In this document: one piece after another, positions 35,961 to 49,993 of the stretch
Position numbering within the stretch: the stretch's first letter is position 1
How the letters are laid out: each line of letters begins with the position of its first letter
From: Narcine bancroftii
Taxonomy: Eukaryota
Reading direction: 5' to 3'
Assembly (NCBI RefSeq): GCF_036971445.1
Contig: NC_091479.1
Span: 95,294,001 to 95,358,000, forward strand
DNA: 64,000 bases
Notes under the pieces: model-generated
Told to the model about the DNA's origin: nothing
What the model saw: the letters and a program-made list of their open reading frames with translations, nothing else
Database searches by the model: none
Made by a program: the position numbers and the translations under genes

Positions 35961-37784
35961 TGGTATATACCTTTGTTCCTTATGTCTAAATCCCAAAACT
36001 CCATCTCCAACAGGCTTTTGGTAGTACTTCCACTGGCTCACCACCACCTTCTCAGGGCACCAAGGGGATTATAAATATTGCTACAGAATTTAAAAATCAA
36101 TGGACAAGAAATTAACGGAGCCCTATGATGGTGACTTGAGTATGTTCTATCATTCAATTTCCAATTAGCTATGTATGACCTGAAAAAATACATGCTGGGC
36201 TGGACTTTACTGTTGATGCATGCTAAAATTAATTATTGCTAATAATCACTGACATTCAAGTTGACTTTTAAGGGTTAAGAAGTGCATTGATTCAATGCAA
36301 TTCAATTGGTGGAGTTTTAAAAATGACAAATTTTAAATAGATTTTATTTTCCTTCTCCTTGAGTGTCCACTCTTTTCCCCCTCTCTACATTCTGTCTTTC
36401 TTTACTGTTAAAAAAATTCATGTACTGTTCTTCATTGACATTAAATTCAGATTTTGTAAATCAGACTCTATCAATCCTGCTGTTTTTTTCCCCACTGATC
36501 TATAAATCTTGATTTTTCAGGAGCGTTTCTGGGTTCTGAGGAAAGATTGCAGAAACTGGTTTCTTTTTCCACAGATGCTGCTTGACTGGCTGAGTTTTTC
36601 CAGCATTTCTGTTTTTTGTTTCGGATTCCAGCATTTGCAGTTTTCTTTTGTTTTCCAGTTCTGGGCAAAATTTTGGACTGTGGAGAAGTATGTTCAATGC
36701 ATGGCCACAGCAATATCTGGCCTAATAATCCCAAATCTCATGTGGATACTCTGTTGCTTTTCATTATCTAAAAGTTTTTTTTGTTTTTACAATGCTTTGA
36801 TTTCTTTGCAATTGGGTCTGGACTTGGGTTAGAATCCCACACTGTCTGTATGAAATTTGTACGTTCTCCCCATGTCTGTGTGGGTTTTCTCTGGGGGCTC
36901 CAGTTTCCTCCCACCATTCAAAACGTAACCGGGGATGTAGGTTAATTGGAGGTAAGTTTGGCACCACAGACTCATGGGCTGAAATGATCTGTTCCATGCT
37001 GTATGTCTTAAAAAAAATAAGTTTGACCTTTGTCATTGTCCTTTCTTGTGTCCAAAATGTACCCAAAGAATTTAAAATTCCATTCAATTGTTGGTTCCCA
37101 AATGCACATCTATTTCTTTTGCATCATTGATATTACCCTAAAAACATTAATATATCCTTTTTACCAGCCCTTTACATTTATGAGTGGGATAAAACTGTAA
37201 TAGATCTTGTCAGGGTGAGGCCAAACCTAAACTTGAGGAACAGTACCTTGATGAAAGGCTCAGGCCCATAAAGAATACTGCATGACTTGCTCAGTTTCTC
37301 CAGCGTTTATGTGTAAACTACAATCACAGCATCTGCAGACTTCCATGTTTTACTTGAGGAAAAACACATCATGTATAGCTTTAAACCCAAAGGCATGAAG
37401 ATCATTTTTTAAAAATCTTGGGTGAGCACCCATGGCTTCCTTCCTTCTTTGCCTACTCCTATTCTTTCTCTCTCTCTTCCCCCCTCCCCCCCCCCCCCGC
37501 CCACCAGTGGTCTCTTGGTCTATCTGTTTCTCCACTTAATCTACCTTCTGACCAATGCAAAGTATGTATGATCTTAACCCCTCCTAAGCTTCTTTACCTC
37601 CATCTTAATATACTTGATATCACCATTTCCAACTTATGTCATGATAAAGGGTCTTGATCTGGAATGCTGGTTGACCATTTCTCATTTCTCTCCATGGATG
37701 CTCCCTGACTCCTCATCGTTCCTCATTGTTTGCTCTATATCCTGGCAGATTTGTCTCTTAAAGACATTTGACTGGTACTTTCAT

Positions 37785-38220
37785 AGAACCATAAAAGATT
37801 ATAGCACAGATACAGGCCCTTTGACCCATTTAGTCTGTACCAAAATAGTATTCTTCCTCGATCCATTGACTTGCCCTCAATTCCCCTCCTATCCATGTAA
37901 CTATCTAATGTTTAAAAATGTCAAAACTGAGCCTGCATTCACCACTTCAGCTGGCAGTTTGTCCACCATATCACCACTCCTGAGAGGAGAAATTCACCCT
38001 CACGTTCCCACTAAACATTTCACCTTTCATCTTTAACCCATGGCCCCTAGTTCTTGTCTCATCTAACCTCAGTGGAAAAAGCCTGCTTGCATTTACTCTA
38101 CCTATAAACCCCTCATAATTTTGTATCAAATCTTCCCTCATTCTATGATGCATGAAATAAAGTCCTAACCTGTTTAACCTTTTTCCTGTAACTCGGTTCC
38201 CTAAGTCTCAGCAATATCCT
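37785..38220 (-). mobile_element. CR1 3' fragment
   Basis: RVNASRLFPLR..TRTRGHGLK remnant plus 3' UTR. Confidence 0.75.
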
Positions 38221-38336
38221 GGAAAATCAGTTGCAATTCATTCTTTGCACCTGTGCCACAATTTGCACATCTCTCATACCTGAGAGAACGCCATTACCTT
38301 GCAAGTTTTCCTTGGAACACAGCTGAGGAATTTAGG

Positions 38337-38367
<31 letters not shown>

Positions 38368-38370
<3 letters not shown>

Positions 38371-38428
38371 TTCTTTCTTTTCTTTGGCTTGGCTTCGCGG
38401 ACGAAGATTTATGGAGGGGGTAAAAGTC
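38368..38428 (-). mobile_element. Very short 3' end of the same RTE family with (AAAG)n tail
   Basis: Reverse complement is nearly identical to 25567-25614; abuts a (TA)n run at 38339-38368. Confidence 0.85.
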
Positions 38429-38986
38429 TTTATTTAAAATTTTATAACATGAATACAATAAAGAATTACATTTAAAGAAAAATAGAAAAAAAAATTTAAA
38501 AAGGTATGATTACAATATTACATCAGAAAACTACACAAAATAACCCCTAATATATATATAAATATTTTTTTTTATGTACTTTCTTTGTTCCTCCCATGGA
38601 AACATTCAGGGAGTTGATTTTGCACTCTTCATTGCAATTTCCAAGTGTCATAGATATTTGCTGGCAATCTTCTAATTTCAAACTATTCGTCCATCTCATA
38701 GCAAGCATGCATTTACTTTCAATATTCAAAGGAAGACCCATTTCTTGTCAGAATTGGTGAAGCCCTCAGCAGATTGTACATCATTCACAGAATGAGAAGC
38801 TGGTTAATATTTTCAGGTCAGAAACCCTTCATCAGAACTGAAATTGATCAACTTCTGAATTTATTAATGATGCATTCATTTTGAAGTGTAAGATAAATGT
38901 ACCTAAGCTTTTCCTTAAGAAGGTCTGAAAATTCACCACTCAGAACCTTCATATCCATGAGTTCAATTTTAATTCAAATAAAATTA

Positions 38987-39568
38987 CAATGGACAATGAA
39001 GATTTTGATTCCTGAACACTTTTGGGTATATTGTATGAATCTTGGGCTGTTGATCACAAAAATCACCATAACATTTTCCTATTACGTGCCTTTTTTTTAA
39101 AAGACGTAAGCTTCTTTTGTGAATTCCTGTCATATTTTAAGTCTACTTCATGCAAAACAATGAAGAGCAACATGTCATTGAAAATTAATTTTATGGATTC
39201 GCACTTGGATCTCTTCTCTGCTGATCTTAGTACAGTCAGTGACAAACATGGTGAAAGGTTTCACCAGGACATTGTGATCATAGGAAAGGATTATCAGGGC
39301 AACTGGAATCCATCAATGTTGGCCGACTATTGTTGGACGCTGACACGAGAGGCTGAGTACAAATGAAAATTAGCAGCAGAATATTTTTAGGTAAGTTGAA
39401 CTAATCATTATGCAATTAAACATGCTAAATAAAATAAAAGTTAATTTAATGTTTCTCCAACTTCCTGCATGATGCAGAATATCTGAAATTATCTTTGTGT
39501 TCAGCTTGAAGTTGTCTATCATAATCCCCAATTTTTTTTAGGAATTTGAAAAACATTGTTGTCCATTG
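38987..39568 (+). mobile_element. Chapaev3-like (CMC) non-autonomous transposon
   Basis: TTA|CAATGGACAA...TTGTCCATTG|TTA; encodes transposase C-terminus MSLKINFMDSHLD..VSDKHGERFHQDI..YQGNWNPSMLADYCW. Family assignment from recalled motif and 3-bp TWA TSD. Confidence 0.75.
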
Positions 39569-41483
39569 TTACTCTCATGTGAAGTATAAATCGTTACAAG
39601 CTAAGTATTAGCTTGTGGCAAAGTTAATTATGTTTGGGGGGGAAAAAAGCACATTTTAAAAATTCATTTTTGCTCACTGTCCATTTTTTCTGGAGGCTAG
39701 TACTTCCACAATTGAAGAGAGGAAGGAAAATAATGGAATTAATTGCAGTGTGACAGTGGAAGCTGGTTATCTGTTGGCTCTCTGTGCGTGGAATGGTGCG
39801 TGGAAGATTGTGGACCATTTGAGGATAGTGATCTACTACTAGACACCAGCATACTACACGTTTCATTACTCGAATACAAAAGACCTGAGAACACACTCAG
39901 ATCCCAAAAATTTAATGGCCCACAGCCTGAGAATAAAACATAAGAAGAATACAGTTCAATAAAGAAAGCAAAGTGCAGCTCAGGACTGGTAGTTTCTGAA
40001 GCTACAATGGTTTTTTTATTGAAACATTGTGTGTTTGAATGTTACTATAATGAATTGAAACCTAGAAGAAATGGAGGTCAGGGACTCAGAGGTCAAAATT
40101 GAAATACTAACACCTAATGTATTTTAAATTTTAAAATGCTTCAGCTCTGTCCTGTATTTCTTTACAACGTGTAGCATTGATAATATGAATAGGTATGTTC
40201 GTGGGGAAGGAGACACAATAAATTCCACTCGTCAGCAGGAAAAGGCTACAGAGGATTGTAAACTCGTCCAATGCCATCATGGGTTTTAGTCTTCACTCTA
40301 TTAAGGACATGTAAAAGAGGCAGTGTCCCAAGAAAGCAGCCTCTGCCATCAAAGATCGTCACCACCCAGGCATGCCTTTTACTTCCTACTACCATTAGGA
40401 AGGAGGTACAGGGGGCTGAAGACCTAACAGTACTTTTTTAAAAAAAAGCTACTTCCCTTCGCTATCAGATTTCTGAACAGACAATGAACCTATAGGCACT
40501 AGCTCACTTTTTTTTGCACTAATTATTTATTTTTAAATATTGGATTTATGGATTTGTAATTTTGTACCTGTAAAGCACAACACTACTGCTGCAAAACAAC
40601 ATATGTTGTGACGCACTTTTATGACAATAAACCTGATTCTGACGTGCATATCACATTAATGAATACATTTTAGAAATGCTTTGATCTATTTGTTGACTTT
40701 TTAAAATCTGTTCCTTCCCCTTATTAGACAGTTCCAAACATTAAATGTCTGTTTATCTTTTCAGTTATAAATAAATTCTTAATTTCCACGGTTCCAATAT
40801 CTTTGCAGCATTCGTGCTTTTCTATGATTGCAAATGCAGTTTCAGCCGTAGGCTATTTATTTTTTCCTATATGCCTCTTTTGGTTTCTGAATATTGAAGT
40901 GTATAAGTTAAGCATTTGAAATGAGAATGCAGGATTTGAGGCTGTTGTGGTTTTCCAGATTTTGACATCCTCTGGAATAAGAATCAAGTTATTTAAATGT
41001 TGAGATTAGTGGAGCTCTGAAATTCAGAGATATCTGAACATCTCGGTATATCATTTGTGAAAGCTTTGTGTGCAAGTGGAGCAAATAACTGTTAGAGCTA
41101 ACACAATGTTATTGTTTATTGTTAAGGAAATTGAATATAAAGAAGAGAGGTTATGGTTCTGTTACATAGGACATTGGAATGTTATGCATGGTATTATTCT
41201 CCTTATTTAAGGAAGGATGTTAAAGCATTGGAAGCTGTTCAAGGAAGATTTGCTGGATACATATTTGGAAGAATGAGAGAGAACTTGATTGATCCTGAGG
41301 GATGCGAAGAGAACACGGAATCTCTGCTTAAAAAAATAATGCAGCCACTCGGAAAATTCTCTCCGAAAGTTGTAAGTCTTTGGAACTCTTCTCCAACAGG
41401 TGGTGGAAGCAGAGTGATAATAGGAGAAGAATGGTTACCTTGATAGTGGGAATTTGTCTGTTGAGGTTACAGTCAGATTGTCA

Positions 41484-41862
41484 CCTTGTCGTGGTGGAGA
41501 AGCTTGTGTGGTCTTGTGATCCCAAGAGCGATGCTGTCTGGAGCTATGCTCATGGTAGGGTCACCCATGGTTGAGGGGAAGGTCCCTGACAAAGAACAAT
41601 CCAACCAAGTCCTTACCGGCAGAACAGGCGGACAAAGTTACTCTGAACTCGACGCTGTGAAGGCGGACGAAGGCTGAGACAAATCCATCAGCTCCAATCA
41701 TCGGGGTTTTCATGCCATTGGTTGATTTGTGAAGTATCATGTGCTTCTTGGCGAGCAATATCAAATACACATTAAACACATGCACGCCAAGGTGTCTTTG
41801 TTCTGTGGATCAATGGAATGATGGCCATCATCCTCAACCTCGAAGGATCGCCACAACGACAA
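41484..41862 (+). mobile_element. Short non-autonomous RTE-related element
   Basis: CACCTTGTCGTGGTGG..GGTAGGGTCACCCATGG resembles RTE/Expander 5' UTRs; ends in ACAACGACAAC tail. Confidence 0.4.
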
Positions 41863-43249
41863 CCGTCAATCAGCCATGATCCTGTGAAATGGTGGAGCAG
41901 GTTTGAGAATGTCAAGTGGGTAAGTTCCATTCATAATTCATTATGTTCATATTTAACAAATATAATGCTGCACACATGTTAAATGTCTACATGGACTTCT
42001 ATATAAGAAAAAATAAATGACTGTACTGAAAGGACATTGACCTAAAAAGTTAACTCGCTTCCTCTCCCTCTGGATGATACCTGATTTGCTAAGACCTGTT
42101 TGGAATGCTGTGCATGGTATTATTCTCCTTATTTAAGGAAGGATGTTAAAGCATTGGAAGCTGTTCAAGGAAGATTTGCTGGATACATATTTGGAAGAAT
42201 GAGAGAGAACTTGATTGATCCTGAGGGGTGCGAAGAGAACTTTTTTTTCGGGTACAAAGTGACAGTTGTATCAAAAAATACAAAACTGACTGGTGTAGTT
42301 CATCTGAGCTATTGAAGTCAAGAACACACAAGAAATTAAAGACTATCTTCAAGTGGCATTGCTAACCTCCAGATTAGGAACTGTTAACAACTGATCTGGC
42401 CGAGTTTATTATCATCTAATTCTACAAGTACAACCCGACGAAACAGACCATGGTGCAAAAACATATATGAAGTATATTATATATACGCACACATATATAT
42501 ATAATATATATATAGATAAAATATATATAAAAGAATAAATAAATATTGTTGAATAAACAGTAGAGTCTCAGAGGGTTTCTATGAACAGGCCAAATGCTGG
42601 AGTGACTAGATGCCAGGAAAATACCACTCTTGTCATCTATTCAGACTGAAGCCTCTTCTCCTATTCTCTCCATACACTCCAGATTTTATCAGAAAATAAT
42701 ATTGTCAATAAGCATGCAAGTAGATTGGGGTTGTAAAGGACCTGAATTCAACTGTCAATGTATCAAAAATGCAATGGGCATAAAAACAGGAAAATTTTCA
42801 GATTGAGGAACACAAGATGAGTCATGTTTCTCTATCCATGGAGAAATTCACTGGCATTCTTTGATTTTCTGATTTCTAGCAATTTAATTTTTTAAAAATT
42901 CCACATACATACACAATGTGTTTTATTATGAAATTCATTAATAATATTTCCAATAGCCATGGCTATTGCTATGGTTTAACTTAACAAAATTAATACTTGC
43001 ACCCCTTGGTTTCTGTTCCACAACACTCTCCTCATCCTGCCACTTACTGTACAAGTTCTGCTCTGATTTCACTTATCCAAATGCATCACTTTACGCTTAT
43101 TCAAATTAAATTCTATTTGCTATTCTTTTGTCCACTTTCCCAAATGATGTTTAATTAGGGCTAAGTCATGACTAGTTATTTCTTTCAAACAGTGAGTTGA
43201 AGCTGTATCTTTGAAATTAGGAAATGTATAGACCATGGATCAGGGTCAT

Positions 43250-43861
43250 CCTTTACTACACATTAAAAGTTCAATAGTGGAGAGAGTAGAGATCACCAAG
43301 TTCCTCAGAGTCCATTTAAGTAGTGGCCCATCCTGGACATACAACATCTCACTTTTCAAGAAGGTGCAAAAGTGACTGCACTTCCTATGAAGACTGAAGT
43401 GAGCAAGGCTACCGGCCATTATCCTGACAACCTTCTAAAAGAGCTCTGTCGAGAGCACCCTGACTGGTTGCATCACAGTGTGGTGCAGTGGCTGCAGAGA
43501 AATGGATTGGCAATCTATCCACGGGACCATAAGAGTCAGAGAGAGGATCACTGGGGTCTCCCTCCTCCCCCCAACTCCTCCGCTCTCCCGCCATCGACAT
43601 GATCTACCAGGATCGTTGTTTGAAGATGGCTTGCAAAATTGTTGAGGGCCCCTATCACCCAGCACACATATCATCATTCAGCTACTCCCATTGGGAAAGT
43701 GGGATAGATATACAGGAGTATCAGGGCCAGAAGCGCAAGGCTGAGAAATAGCTTCTTGCCACATGCAGTGAGATTGCTGAACGATTGAATGAACTGCTCA
43801 TACAAACCCTCTGAGACTCTACTGTTTATTCAACAATATTTATTTATTATTTTATATATAG

Positions 43862-43892
<31 letters not shown>

Positions 43893-43960
43893 GATGGTTT
43901 TGCACCATGGTCTGTTTCGTCAGGTTGTACTTGTACAATCAGATGATAATAGACTTCATC
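43250..43960 (+). mobile_element. Rex1/Babar-like 3' fragment
   Basis: Homologous to the 45870-46700 segment; similar remnant at ~40200-40640. Confidence 0.6.
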
Positions 43961-45589
43961 TTACTGGGATCGATATTCCTCTTTACTTCTCTGTTAGTCT
44001 TCTACATCCCTTGTCCACTCACAAAAAGAACATTCCTTAATAGCATTTTTTTTTGATTATGAATTTTTGCCATATACATTGTATAATACACAAAAATTCT
44101 TACTTGCTGCAGCCAAACAGATACTTAGTGAATAAACCTCAACTACAATTGTATAACAGTTACTCCCCGCCTTACGACTGTAATTCAGACTGAAGGATCG
44201 GTCGTGTTTCGGAATGGATGTTCTTACCTTGTTAGTTTGCATCCTAGGGTCTATAGGCTGGATGCCATAAACTCCTTAGTCTTGGTGACTTTGAGAGTGA
44301 GATTATTATTCGGGCCCCATCCTGTATTTTCAAAGAAAACAATTATTTTGTAAAAATTAGAAGAAATAATGAATTAATGTTGCAAATATTAAATTAATGC
44401 TGATTCGATACCAGAATGTTACAAAACCACCTTGAGTTGGACTGTAAAACTCTGAGTCCACCCTCAACTTAATTGTGATACATTTTAATGTCTGGAAACT
44501 GAGTGCCTTGGGGGAAGATGTTGGTCCAACTTGTCCAAGCCAGAGCATTCAAATTAATTTTTGAAATCAAACACATTGCAGATGTTGATGGAAGTCATAT
44601 TAAAATATTTGAAGGTAAGCACAGAAGGTGGTAAAGGCCATAAATTTTGACCATTTTCAGGCATTTCCATGTGTTGCAGGAGATCAAGGTTGAAATAACC
44701 TGCCTGTGGGACTGTGCTCCTCTCCCTGTCCACCCCACCCTCCCATTTTTCCATACCTTGATGAAGGTATGAAACATTGGTTGTGTATCTTTATCTTTGC
44801 TATATAAAGTACACTGTTTAACCTGCTGAGTTTCTCCAGCATTGTGTTTTTACAAAGCTTCTCATTAGGCTCTTTTGGGCCTGTTCCACTGCTCAATAGA
44901 GTTGTGGCTGATCCAGCAGCTCAAGTTTATGTTCTCTTTCAGCCTGCACTCCCCTGTGAACTAAAAGCCTCTTGTCCCCAGTTTAGAAAGTAATCAAAGT
45001 TTGAATGTTCATAGCTCTCTTGAGAAGTGAATTTCAAAGATTGACAACGCACTAAGAAATTAAATTTCGCTCTTAAATTGCCAACCTCATCTTCCAAATG
45101 CTGTGGCCTGACCTCTTATCCTGAGACCAACTCATAAACTTCTGATAGAAAGAGAATAGCTTTCATCAGTCCCAAGATTTAATCAAATACCTTTCAACAT
45201 TCTGTGATTGAAAGTTGACCTAAATGAGAGAAAAACCTGGAAAAGATTATTTTCAGGTCGCTTTGCATTGCTCCAAAAGATCAATTGACCTCTTTCTGTA
45301 AAAGACATATTTGTATGTAAGAAGCAATTTCTGTGTCAGTTTGCAATAGGATCATTGATAAAATTGTCCCAAGAGTGACCATCAGGTAACCCAGGATAAT
45401 CAGTTTCTAATACCATAGTGCTGGGATTGAGACTCTTGTAAAATAATCTCTTTCTTTTGATCTTGCACCTATAATCTCAGTATAAATGCCACCTCCACTT
45501 CCCCAACAACCCCTTTCCACCCAATCTGTTGATTCTGGACTTCCTAACATAAAGGCAACAGCCTGTCCGGGTTGGCAACAGAATGTAGA

Positions 45590-46700
45590 GGACCATCCCA
45601 CTGAGCATGGCGCGCCTCAGGGCTGTGTGCTTGGCCCACTCCTGTTCGCACTACTGACCCATGACTGCATTGCCAGATCCAGCTCAAACAGAAACATCAA
45701 GTTTGCAGATGACGCAACAATAGTTGGCCTCATCAGCAACAACGACGAGTCCAATGGAAAGAAAAGTTGGAAAATCTCATGAAATGGTGCAAGAAAAACA
45801 ACCTGAGTCTTAGTGTGGACAAGACAAAGGAGATGATTGTGGCTTTTAGGAGGACCAGGGACAAACATCCTCCATTAAACATAAATAGCTCAGTAATGGA
45901 GAGAGTGGAGAGCACCAAGTACCTTAGGGACCATTTGTCCTATCCTGGACACCATATCTCCCCTCTTGTTAGGAAGGAACAACAGTGAATGCATTTCCTC
46001 ATAAGAATGAGGTGGGCAAGACTACCGGCAATCATTCTGTCAACTTTCTACAGGAACTCTATCGAGAGCGTCCTGGCTGGCTGCATCACAAACTTTTTTC
46101 GGCTCTGGCCCCCGAGGACTCTGCTCAATATTTATGGGTCCCTTCTCTGTGAAGCAGTCAAGTTTTGGTTTCTTCTATTCTCTCCTACTGACTAAATTAA
46201 AAACATAAAGAATACTCCCTGCTCAAAACATACTGAGGTTGTAGGTTAATTGGATGGCACAAGCTCGTGGCTCAAAATGGCCTGTTACTGTGCTATATGT
46301 CTAAATTAAAAATAAAATTAAAATTAACTTAAATATCAATTTAATTTTACATGAGATGATAGCAAAACAAGGCTTTTACTGAAATGTGCTGTGGCCCCAG
46401 GGGGTCTGTAGGGTGCACGTTGAGAATGGCTGCTTTAGAGCATCAGATCGGAGATCAATCTACATGACCATAAAAGTGGCAGAGAAGATTACTGGCATCT
46501 CCCTCTCCACCCATCGATTGTTATCTAAAGAAGGCTCACAAAGTCTTTGAGAACCCCTACCACCCTGTACACAACATCTTCCAGCTCCTCTTGTCGTGAA
46601 AGTGGGGCACTGGAGGATCAGAGCCAGCACCATCAAGCTAAGGAAAAGCTTCTTCCCATGGACATTGAGCCTGCTGAATGACTGTTGAACTGCTCAGCAA
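45590..46700 (+). mobile_element. Rex1/Babar-like LINE fragment with nested inserts
   Basis: GAPQGCVLGPLLF..THDC, KFADD, WC..NNL.L.V.KTKEMIV.FR, LSTFYR..IES.L..CIT. Confidence 0.75.
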
Positions 46701-47910
46701 TGTCTCCTATTTCACCTCCTATATTCTTCCAGTTTCTTCTATGTCTTTGAAACACCTTAGATCATGCCTTGATTATCCATTCAATCTCTGCTTACATTTC
46801 ATTAATTTTCTCCCTGCTACCATTGGCTATCTCTCCTCCTTCTCCTCCTCCTCATGAAATTCTGTGTCTTACGATCTCCCTCATGTTCCCTCATGGTTGC
46901 TCTGATCTCAACCACTCCCAATCCTTTCACCTTTCTCTTAGCTTTACTCCTGGTTACTCCAATCTTCTCTGAGGCATCCACTGATCTTTCCTTCATGTTC
47001 CTGGTCTTCCCATCATTGATAATTAGGGAGGGAAGGCCTACTGGGTCAGTTAGTGTTGGCATGCACTGTTCAGGATTAGTGTTTTAAGAATAGGCTTTTG
47101 TTCAGGTCACCCACACAATGTATCTTCAAGACATATTTTCAAATTAGAGAACTTCTCATCCAATGGCACTACAAATCTATGAACCCTATTTGTTAATTAC
47201 ATCAACTTAAAACAAAACTTTGCAAGCATTAATAGAGAAATTGTGAGCAATGAATTATTTGGTATTTTCCTTTGGTTACTCTTGATGAGGGTATATGCCA
47301 TGTACTGGCACGGTGTTCTTTTCAAAAGAATAGGTGATCTCTTACTGAAGTACAGTAAAACTTATATAGTCCACTCTCCAACTCTTCAGAACTCTGAATG
47401 TCATGGCACCTGGCTCATCTAGTGATATTTGCCACGTTTCCCGACCACTCACTAGTACATATTTAATTTGAAAAAATTCATTCCATCCTCGTGGAGGTTT
47501 GTGGAAAGCATTTCCACACAGCATTTCTGTGTTTAAGTATTGGTCAATTTTGGTACTTAGGCACAAATACTCCACTATTGGGCTCTTCATGATGGTCAGC
47601 AATGAGGTTGAATCTTTCTCAGATTCCTCAATGATTGTGCCCGGAAATCTGTTCTTGGATGGTGTGCAGAATCTGTGGTCCCATTCATTACAATAGGTGA
47701 GGAAGAAGGTAAAAGTAAGTCAAGATCTTATTTTAATTATGTGGTTTTTTTTAATGTTTTAGTGATTTAGCAGTGCTTTGTGAATTTTAGTTGACAATAT
47801 TCAAACACATTTATTAAATTTCTGATATTAATTGCTGTTTTTGGGAAATATAAGAATGTAAATTTTATATATTCAATCTGTGTGGCTGTTGTTGAAATAA
47901 CCTCATGGAT

Positions 47911-48071
47911 TTAAACCTTTGGACTCCATGTCCCTGCTTTCCAGGACTGGTTTTATACCCAACCATCAGCTGGTTCATACTGGTGTTTGTATGGGTACAT
48001 GGACCCAGTCCGGAGTATATATATATGAAAGGTTTTATATGTAATGAAATGGCTGGAGTCCAAAGGGTTAA
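47911..48071. mobile_element. piggyBac-like MITE (TTAA flanks included)
   Basis: TTAA|ACCTTTGGACTCCA...TGGAGTCCAAAGGG|TTAA. Confidence 0.75.
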
Positions 48072-48697
48072 GTCCAGCTAACATTAAACAAGGATAATAA
48101 TTTAATTTCAATCTGCTGGGTGCAACTTGTAGGGAGACATCTATTTTCTTTCAGTCACAAATTTTAAAAGTTTTCTGAAAATATCACAACTTGATGAAGT
48201 GGATTTGTTGGTTAAATGACATTATTAAGTAAAACATTTTGTATCTTTAGCCTCCTGCATGAATTTGAGTTGACTGGATGTACAGGACATCAGCTATATT
48301 TACACTGTATAAATACATATCAGATAACCACACTTTATTTTTGTAGCTGTGGTGCAGAGATTCGGCAGCAGCTTTTGGAATAGTTTGAAACTGGGTCAAA
48401 TTTGCTGGTAAAACTTTAACTTATCAATGACATAAAATTTGCTTTACATTTCACTTTGAAATTGTTTTTAAAGGCTATTCATGGGTGAAAAACACTGACA
48501 TTGTTTGAACCCCTGTAACCAATGCTCGTAAAACCTGCTGAGCTGCTTTCTCTACAGATAGGTATAGTTTTGTCCATGCAGATGAGGCAGCGCCTGATTT
48601 TGTTTTCTCTTGAGTGCCTGCTTGACTCCCGGTTTTAAAGCATTTACACATCATGCCATCTCGAATTGTACATTGTGTGCCGTGCTTTTCATTTTAG

Positions 48698-48757
48698 AGT
48701 GTGCTTCTCATTTGAGTCTGCAGCAAACATGAGGACAAGATGGAAACGTATAACTGG
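48698..48757 (+). other. Candidate 5' UTR exon of TMEM117 (60 nt)
   Basis: Acceptor gcttttcattttag and donor TGG|gtaaga in non-repetitive sequence 680 bp upstream of the coding exon; no transcript evidence. Confidence 0.35.
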
Positions 48758-49473
48758 GTAAGATTGGCAGTAAACAGAGAAAACTTCAGACAGTGGGAGT
48801 AATGCTTAACCTACCATTTGGTCTTTCCAATGTATTTGTGCAATTTCAAATGTAAAATTACAAATTGCTCTCGACACCAAGACATTTGCTGAGGCAGATA
48901 ATTTGGAGATCACATTCTGCTGTGTTGTTTGTTTGACTGGTGAATAGCATTCAAATTCATGATTAGTGCCTGATTTTAAAACAAAACAGCTTTGTTGTGG
49001 TGCTTGCTATTTGAGCTATGTGGAATGCAGGCAATCAACGGGTGTAGACCTTCAGGGGTGTAGACCTTCAGTGAAATTGGAAAAAAACTGGAATTTTCCA
49101 CCCAAGAAAAGCTCAGTAATTGGTTACTTTAACTTCCTGTCAGAATTGTCTTTCTGTTCCTGAATGTTTTGTGTGACGTGAAGGTTCTAAAGCAGTCTGC
49201 TTTCATCTGCTGTCAATTGCCACAGAGCACTCAATATGTTATAATCTGTTGTTTATCAACATTGAGGCAATTGCTAAACAGAAGTACAACCCAAAAATGG
49301 TATCTAACAAAATACTGATCAATTTAAACCTTAAATTTGGTTGTGATGCAGTTTGATTGACAGCATTGAAGGTAATGAAGTCATTGTTTTCTCAGAATTA
49401 GCTGATAATCATTACATTTTTTTCTCTTTTTCATACAGAGTGCAAGTTGAAGGGACTGCCCGTATGCATGAGG

Positions 49474-49747
49474 ATGGTTAAAGCTTTTCGTTATTATTTC
49501 CAACATCCATGGAGTCGACTGATTGTGGCTTACTTGGTGACTTTTTTCAATTTCCTCATTTTTGCTGAAGACCCCATTTCTCACAGCCAGACTCCAGCCA
49601 ACGTAATTGTTGTTGGAAATTGCTTCTCCTTCATAGCAAACAAATACCCCGGAGGAGGATGGAACTTCCTGAAGGTGCTGCTGTGGTTGCTGGCTATTGC
49701 CACTGGTCTCTTTGCAGGAAAATTCCTCTTCCATCAGCTCATGTTTG
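49474..49747 (+). CDS. TMEM117: TMEM117 first coding exon (exon begins 49439)
   Basis: MVKAFRYYFQHPWSRLIVAYLVTFFNFLIFAEDPISHSQTPANVIVVGNCFSF...GKFLFHQLMFG closely matches the human TMEM117 N-terminus. Acceptor tttttcatacag at 49438, donor TG|gtaagt at 49748. An in-frame ATG also occurs at 49468. Confidence 0.96.
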
Positions 49748-49993
49748 GTAAGTCAAAGGCAAGTCATCTTGAAAGCTCTACAGTTGTTATGGAGACCAAA
49801 CTGGGACCCAACAGGTCTTCTTTTATGAAGGAAATTCTAAAAAAGAGAACGGCAGTTGCTGCACTAAAATAAAAGCACAATGTTAGTGAAACTCAGAGGT
49901 CAACAATTTTAAAAATAAGGGTGCAAATCAATCCTAAAATGTGAGTTGAATTTGGTAAATACACAAAAATGCTGGAGAAACTCAGCAGGTCCC

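Noticed and set aside
47342-47720. About 120 open codons on the minus strand in unique sequence
   Set aside because: No recognisable homology or clear acceptor; compatible with chance.
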